Shown piece by piece: positions 59,619 to 64,000 of a stretch of DNA of 64,000 nt. The DNA comes from Candidatus Zixiibacteriota bacterium (lineage in GTDB: Bacteria > Zixibacteria > MSB-5A5 > GN15 > FEB-12): positions 20,324-84,323 of the forward strand of contig JAJRXM010000018.1 in the NCBI GenBank assembly GCA_024276275.1, read 5' to 3'. Below the pieces are notes generated by a model. That model did no database searches, was not told the DNA's origin, and saw only the letters and a list, made by a program, of their open reading frames with translations. The position numbers and the translations under genes are program-made. Numbering within the stretch: the first letter of the stretch is position 1; each line of letters begins with the position of its first letter.

Positions 59619-61097
59619 CTATTTGTTTTTCAGTTTTTCGACAGCTTTTAATCTGATAACTGAATAGTTTCTATTTGAAACAAGATGAGCATTGGCTGCT
59701 TTAGAATAATAAGAGATAGCTCGCTCAGAATCACCCAGATATTCAAAGGCTGTTGCAATCCGATATAGATTATAAGGGTTGTCTTGATTTGATTTTCTAA
59801 AATACTCAATAGCTTTATTATAATCTTTTTGTTCAAGAGCTATAATTCCAAACAATTGATTTGATTGTTTTAAAAGAATCGGATTTTCTTGATCTTTAGC
59901 GTATGTAAGAAATTTTTCAGCTTTTTGTAAGGCATCGACAAACTTCTTTCGCTTTACATCTAGATAAGCAAAGTTATATAATATGTTGTTTTTGAAATTT
60001 GATTTTATAAGCCCGGAATAGTTACTCTTTTCGGCGATTTGTAATCCTTTTGTAAATAATTCTTCGGCTTCAGAAAGTTTACCGCATTCCGTATATAAAT
60101 TCCCGAGACTTACATATCGGGTTACTAACATAAGTGTGTCAGGTGATTTTATTTCAAATTGGAGTAACTCTTCTGAAATTTTAAGAGCCGCGGCATAATT
60201 ACCTTCGTCAATATATGAAATAATTATACCTTCATAGGCAATTCTTTTTTGATTGTAGTTTGTAGCTGTTGTTAATAACTGCTGTAAACGGTTTCGTGCT
60301 TTTACATGTTCACCTTTATAGTTTAAGTTCGACGCAATACCTAAATAAGAGAAAGTAAAATATGGGTTTATTTGGAGTGCTTTTTCATAATTACTGATAG
60401 ATTCATCGAACCTTCCCATTTGTAATAACAGTTCACCATAGGAATCATACGGGTTTGGGTCATTTGGAATTAATTCAATATACTTTTGAAAATTCTTTTC
60501 TGCTTCATTATAATTTTTGAGATATTTATATGTATACCCAAGTAGGTTATATGACGGAGAGTATTCAGGATTGATTTCTATAGCTTTTAAATAGTATTTT
60601 ATAGATTCTTTATATTGACGGGTACCAAAATAAGTTGTTGCCATAAAATTTTGTACTCGTTCATCATTTGGATATAACGTAATCAGTTTATTCAATATTT
60701 TCCGGGCTTCTTCAGTCTTAGAATTTATTTGAGATTCTGTTGCTTCAATCCACAATTTTTCACCTTCTGAAACGGAATCTTTTAATTAAACAGCTTTTTG
60801 TATAAATTGAAAAAACTTGTTCGGATATTGCTGTGAAACTGCAAGTCCCAAATATGCCATGGCAAAGTTTGAATCAAGAGCAATAGCATCTTCAAAATAA
60901 GAATAAGCCTCAAATCCACGTAACCGTTCGGTCAAGGAGAAACCTTTTAAATATAGTTCTCTAGCCTCAGGAGAGCTTGTCGTAACACGTATTTTTTCTA
61001 ATTCTTTACTGCATGCAGAGAGTAAGATAAAAGAAAATAGTAATACCGAAATTACTTTATAGTTTTTGAACATTGTATCCTCAAGTTGTATTAACAA
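59619..61097 (-). pseudogene. TPR-repeat lipoprotein with an in-frame TAA at 60786-60788 (tracked ORFs 60786..61097 and 59619..60755)
   Basis: The N-terminal part has a lipobox (LLSAC) and the first TPR. The same frame continues after the TAA as LKDSVSEGEKLWIEATESQ... into about 8 more TPRs. Confidence 0.75.
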
Positions 61098-61179
61098 TAA
61101 TTTTAACTAAAATATACTTCAAAGAGCAGTAATCAAATATAAAAGTACAATATTTCTACGAGTATTAAATTAGTTGGTT

Positions 61180-62061
61180 TCAGTTGCTTTTAACTATTTT
61201 TTTCGCAATCGGGAGTCCGGAAATCAGAAGAGCGGCAAAAATCAGAAATCCACCGATTGCACGGTGAGTTACAATTTCTTCACCTCCGAGAGTCCAGGCA
61301 AACAGAGCCGCAAATACCGGTTCCAAAGCAAAGATTAAAGAAACCCGCAAAGGAGAACGGATTTTTTGAGCAAACATCTGAATTAAAAAGGCAGAAAGAG
61401 TAGGAAAGAGAGCCAGAAAGATAGTTACTTTCCAAGCATACGAAGTCGTGATTTCAATCGGGATATCAAAAACAAAGATATAGCAAAGACTCATAAACCC
61501 TACTATGAGAAATTGCTGGCAGCTGATAACAACCGGGTCAACCCCTTGTTTTATGTATTTATCAGAATATAAAACATGGAGAGCATATGTAACGGCTGCT
61601 AATAGTGTCAGAGTATCCCCGAAATTAATATCTGTCAATCCGCCTGTTAAAACCCAAAGACCGATGAGGGATATAATAGAGGCGATAATTTCCATTTTGT
61701 TAGGTTTGACTTTGAAAAGAGTCCAGAGAGCAAGAGGTATAAATGCTACAAATAATCCGGTTATAAACCCGGAATTAGATGCGGTCGTATATACTAATCC
61801 GATAGTTTGCGATATATATAAAATCCAAAGAATAACCGATAGAAATAACGCTGATTTTAGATTGACGAAGATACTCTTCTTTTTATAAATCAAATATCCG
61901 AGCAATATTAATCCTGCTAGTAAAAATCGCAATGCTACCAATACTACAGGGCCTATCCCATCAAGAGCGTTTTTAATAATATAAAATGTTGAACCCCAAA
62001 TAGCGGCGGCATAAAAAAGACCGGTGTCTGCCAAAATTGTTTTCGATTTTGAAATTGCCAT
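61180..62061 (-). CDS. EamA/DMT-family transporter
   Basis: 10 predicted TM helices and a duplicated EamA-like architecture, ~290 aa. Confidence 0.85.
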   Translation of the reverse strand: MAISKSKTILADTGLFYAAAIWGSTFYIIKNALDGIGPVVLVALRFLLAGLILLGYLIYKKKSIFVNLKSALFLSVILWILYISQTIGLVYTTASNSGFITGLFVAFIPLALWTLFKVKPNKMEIIASIISLIGLWVLTGGLTDINFGDTLTLLAAVTYALHVLYSDKYIKQGVDPVVISCQQFLIVGFMSLCYIFVFDIPIEITTSYAWKVTIFLALFPTLSAFLIQMFAQKIRSPLRVSLIFALEPVFAALFAWTLGGEEIVTHRAIGGFLIFAALLISGLPIAKKIVKSN

Positions 62062-62094
62062 TGGAGTAGTGTATCTAATTTGAAGAAAATGTCA

Positions 62095-62133
62095 ATAAAA
62101 GAGAAAAGCCCGACAGATAATATCTGTCGGGCT
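62095..62133 (-). terminator. rho-independent terminator after the HDOD gene
   Basis: 12-bp perfect stem AGCCCGACAGAT-aat-ATCTGTCGGGCT (62107-62133), followed on the minus strand by TTTTCTCTTTT. Confidence 0.7.
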
Positions 62134-62156
62134 TTGTGTGAAATTCTAGTTTAGTT

Positions 62157-63359
62157 TTAAACAGTTGCTGATAAACAGAAGTTTTTCAACGATTCAATAT
62201 TGTTACTTAAATTCAGTTTATCCAAATACTCCATATCAACTGCGGATAAATTTTCTTTTCGTATATTATTTTGAATATCATAATTAAGAGCGTACCCCAA
62301 ATGGACCGCTGTTAAAACATTAGTAATCGGGGCGGGAGCATTATTAGGATTATAATGTAATGCTATTGCTTCCAGAATTGAATTCGGAAGTCCCCATAAA
62401 GATAAAAGATGAGCACCGATTTCTGCGTCACTAACTCCTAAGATATGTTTTTCAGCTTCAAAGAGAGGAATCTCTTTTTCAGTAGATAGTTTAACTGATT
62501 GCTTGAACTCTTCAGGGAAGTAGGACAGCATAACTAGTTTTCCGATATCATGCAGCATACCTGCCATGAGAGCGTCTTCGGTATGTTTTGTCATTAAACC
62601 GAATGCATTAGCAAGATGACGAGAAGATGTTCCGACCGCTAAAGAGTTTGAGTAAATTGATTCAACAGAATATCCCGGAATTCCGGGGTCTTTAAACAAA
62701 TTAAAAACACCGGCTGTCAACACCATACTTTGTACCGTATCGATACCGAGTAAATTTACAGCGTGGAGCGGGTTCTCAACATGGGTAGGAAGACCAAAAA
62801 ATGCGGAGTTTACCATATGAAGAACTTTAGCGGTAATCGAAATATCTTTTTTAATTAAATCAGCTACATTACGAACAGAGGGATCTTCTTTTTGTAATTC
62901 AGTTACAAGTTGATTGTAAATTTCAGGAGGATTTGGAAGGTTCGTAATGCCGGAAATTCTATTGTGTAAATCTTCATTTGCTAATACCGATTTTAACCCA
63001 AAGGCATTCTTTACAATTTGAATGAATTGTGCAGGTTTACATTCTTGATTCATATATTGATGGATATAGCCGGCTGAATTATAGACAATACTTTTATCAT
63101 TATCTTCAGTATATAAAAATCTTATAATTGAGTTATGATTTTCACATATATATTTGTGTAAATCAGTACCGGTGCCATCGGGCAGTTCTAGTATTGCTAT
63201 TACTATGTTGATAGATTCTGCTTCAATTATGGTCTTTGCTTTTTCAATCGTGTCAGCTTCAAAACAGGTATATTCATTTTTGCAAAGTTGAAGATATCCC
63301 GGAATTTGTTCACTGGAATTGTTTGGGTTAAATACAAATAAGGCTTTCTCGGTTGTCAT
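62157..63359 (-). CDS. pseudo-receiver + HDOD domain signalling protein
   Basis: HDOD region (LHMVNSAFFGL...GMLHDIGKLVM). The N-terminal REC-like fold lacks the DD pair and has Glu at the phospho-acceptor position (IAILELPDGTG). Confidence 0.75.
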   Translation of the reverse strand: MTTEKALFVFNPNNSSEQIPGYLQLCKNEYTCFEADTIEKAKTIIEAESINIVIAILELPDGTGTDLHKYICENHNSIIRFLYTEDNDKSIVYNSAGYIHQYMNQECKPAQFIQIVKNAFGLKSVLANEDLHNRISGITNLPNPPEIYNQLVTELQKEDPSVRNVADLIKKDISITAKVLHMVNSAFFGLPTHVENPLHAVNLLGIDTVQSMVLTAGVFNLFKDPGIPGYSVESIYSNSLAVGTSSRHLANAFGLMTKHTEDALMAGMLHDIGKLVMLSYFPEEFKQSVKLSTEKEIPLFEAEKHILGVSDAEIGAHLLSLWGLPNSILEAIALHYNPNNAPAPITNVLTAVHLGYALNYDIQNNIRKENLSAVDMEYLDKLNLSNNIESLKNFCLSATV

Positions 63360-63627
63360 TTATATATGTCTCCTTTAAGTAGTATTACCCCCAATTCCTA
63401 ATAGCTACTAATTTTTGTTCATCGGAATTCGAACAATAATTGTTGTATTTTTGACTTCATTTTACCCTACGATGGGCGTTTGCATCTACTATCGGCGATT
63501 TTTAAAGAATTATTTAGAGAAAACCTAAAAATTCCATAGCTTTAAGATTGAAAGTCGTAACTGGATGTTGTTGTATGTTTTAGCAGAATACATATAATGA
63601 AACATATCTTATGAAATGATTAAACTA

Positions 63628-64000
63628 TTAATATCTGTCAGGAAATGAGGTATGCTTTTTCAAGCGAGTTATCCAGCTGTCAAACCCTTGTTCTTCTACG
63701 AATCGAACAACCCGTCTGAAACCTTCACCGTATTCGGGGTCTGAATCTTTAAAGAGATTATCAATCAGGTGTTCTGCCTCAGTTTCGGTGTATTGCTGCA
63801 ATACCAGATAAGAGACATAATTACTGCTGCCTTCGCAAAAAGCACCTTTAATCTCATGAGAGCTATGTAATCCCTGCCAGACATGATTAAACTCATGGGC
63901 AATTATTTTTATCATCGACATTCTTGGAACACCAAATAAAAGATATACATTTATTTCTCTTTTTAAAGTCATCCCGAGCATGTTCTTTTTCTGATAAAAT
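63628..64000 (-). CDS. HExxH zinc-metallopeptidase-like protein, probably 5'-truncated by the window edge
   Basis: HEFNHVWQ motif. The frame remains open from the ATG at 63981 to nt 64000, and only 28 aa precede HExxH in the tracked ORF. Confidence 0.5.
   Translation of the reverse strand, partial: FYQKKNMLGMTLKREINVYLLFGVPRMSMIKIIAHEFNHVWQGLHSSHEIKGAFCEGSSNYVSYLVLQQYTETEAEHLIDNLFKDSDPEYGEGFRRVVRFVEEQGFDSWITRLKKHTSFPDRY

Noticed and set aside
8155-60788. Genome-wide reassignment of TAA to a sense codon (e.g. Glu)
   Set aside because: TAA is the regular terminator of most genes in the window (lipA, trpS, scpB and others) at positions matching normal family C-termini. Only context-specific readthrough, not reassignment, would be compatible, and the five sites share no obvious sequence context.

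Overview
AT-rich bacterial chromosomal window with about 50 gene models and no rRNA, tRNA or CRISPR that I could recognise. A T9SS-type C-terminal sorting domain (NYPNPFNP...), dockerin-tagged giant secreted proteins and a buk/ptb fermentation cluster suggest an uncultivated FCB-group or Cloacimonadota-like anaerobe; this is inference only. Clear housekeeping genes are lipA, trpS, scpA/scpB, an rluB-like gene, buk with two PTA_PTB paralogs, a PfkB kinase, a RumA/RlmD-type methyltransferase, a CDF transporter, a CNNM/CorC protein, htpX, rarA and an EamA transporter. Signalling genes are REC-GAF-HD-GYP, an NtrC-type sigma-54 activator, a 1123-aa PAS/GAF histidine kinase and a pseudo-receiver-HDOD protein. 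Large secreted proteins are a 1668-aa beta-propeller/dockerin protein, a 662+ aa dockerin protein, an S8 protease with 8 PKD domains and a T9SS CTD, and an 831-aa MORN-repeat protein. The strongest signal across the window is that 8 of about 50 genes are interrupted by 10 point lesions: five in-frame TAA, one in-frame TGA and four 1-nt frameshifts. Each lesion sits inside an otherwise well-preserved domain, and one is in scpA. At two TAA sites the family consensus expects Glu (GAA). This could be consensus error, very recent decay or a mutator, or, least likely, translational bypass; only read-level data can decide. Other points of interest: a Rad50/SbcC-like ATPase lacking SbcD but translationally coupled to a membrane-anchored SNase; a higher-order PKD plus unknown-module duplication; a DAACS transporter fused to a ~350-aa Lys/Pro/Glu-rich tail; a stand-alone two-CW protein; a perfect TGTGA-N6-TCACA palindrome upstream of buk; and a 687-bp structured intergenic region.
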